A stretch of 11,095 bases of DNA from Ignisphaera sp. (GTDB lineage Archaea; Thermoproteota; Thermoprotei_A; Sulfolobales; Ignisphaeraceae): contig JAWBDT010000008.1 in assembly GCA_038821645.1 (NCBI GenBank), positions 18,064 to 29,158 on the forward strand, given 5' to 3'. Position 1 is the first letter of the stretch; every line of letters starts with the position of its first letter. The notes under the pieces were generated by a model. The model saw only the letters and a list, made by a program, of their open reading frames with translations, was not told the origin of the DNA and searched no databases. Below, one piece after another: positions 10,531-11,095 of this stretch. Made by a program: the position numbers and the translations under genes.

Positions 10531-11043
10531 TTAGTTGGAAACCATATTTAGCAGTAGCTGGAGTAGCTTCTCATGCCATACCCCGTCACTAGCTATCTTA
10601 CTAAGAATTGATTCAATAACAGATGCATTTATTTTATCTATGCAACCCATCCCTATACCCTCATTGATTAGAGGCAACAATAGCTTATGGTACGTTTCCT
10701 CACCCACCGCCCTTTCAATCCATGCTTGTTTTTCAATGAATTCTTTCAAATTCATCTTCCTTCAGATAATTCACTAAGAAGTTCTTGCATCGATGTCCAC
10801 GGTCTGCCAATAAGCTGAGTACACTCAGCTTCATCAAAAAGATTGTAGTGTCTTGTCATAAGATCTATATATGTAGCATGGTTTTTGTTTTCTATGGCTA
10901 GGACGCTAAGAACTATCTTAGCTACGCCAAGTCCATTATTAGAACCGTCAATACTATCTATGTAGGCTGAAGAGATTTGCAACCATCTGTTCAAGCATAT
11001 AGCTACAGTAAAGATTTCTACGTATCGTGGTACATACGTCCAT
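10531..11043 (-). pseudogene. Disrupted ferritin/rubrerythrin-like four-helix-bundle protein (~170 aa when rebuilt)
   Basis: ATG 11043 with AGGTG SD gives MDVCTTIRRNLYCSYMLEQMVANLFS; shift near 10965 into ...LAIENKNHATYID...CTQLIGRPW; shift near 10757 into ...IERAVGEETY...ILSKIASDGVWHEKLL. The pattern fits the helices of a ferritin-like fold. Confidence 0.72.
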
Positions 11044-11075
11044 ATGTACACCTGGTGTTGGATAAGGTATACTCA

Positions 11076-11090
11076 TATATAAGTTTTATC
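11076..11090 (-). promoter_or_regulatory. Putative BRE/TATA promoter of the ferritin-like pseudogene
   Basis: Minus strand GATAAAA-CTTATATA about 33 nt upstream of ATG 11043. Confidence 0.6.
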
Positions 11091-11095
11091 TGTAA

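Noticed and set aside
10535-10777. ORF 10535..10777 (+)
   Set aside because: Antisense to the ferritin-like remnant.
10960-11051. N-terminus MYIWTYVPRY... of ORF 10752..11051
   Set aside because: Its GTG start is part of the AGGTG SD of ATG 11043; the alternative frame gives the ferritin-like first helix.

Overview
AT-rich archaeal chromosomal DNA. GGTG-type Shine-Dalgarno sites, TTTATA boxes and the gene content suggest a hyperthermophilic crenarchaeon (Desulfurococcales/Ignisphaera-like; inference only). The intact core is a minus-strand redox cluster: TatD-like hydrolase, then rubredoxin-domain protein + DPSL-type ferritin-like protein, then a tightly coupled five-gene operon (atypical ferredoxin, Cys4 + C2H2 zinc-finger protein, 2-oxoacid:ferredoxin oxidoreductase alpha and beta, DUF1122-like protein) converging on a metallophosphoesterase. 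The left edge holds the 5' part of a heptad-repeat coiled-coil gene missed by the ORF track (perfect 84-bp tandem repeats) and an EamA transporter remnant. The right 2.3 kb holds three consecutive broken genes that can each be rebuilt from the sequence and each carry two lesions: a membrane-anchored surface protein, an ArcS/DUF5591-like protein and a second ferritin-like protein. No RNA genes, CRISPR arrays or transposases were recognised. Family names come from motif recall, not from database searches.
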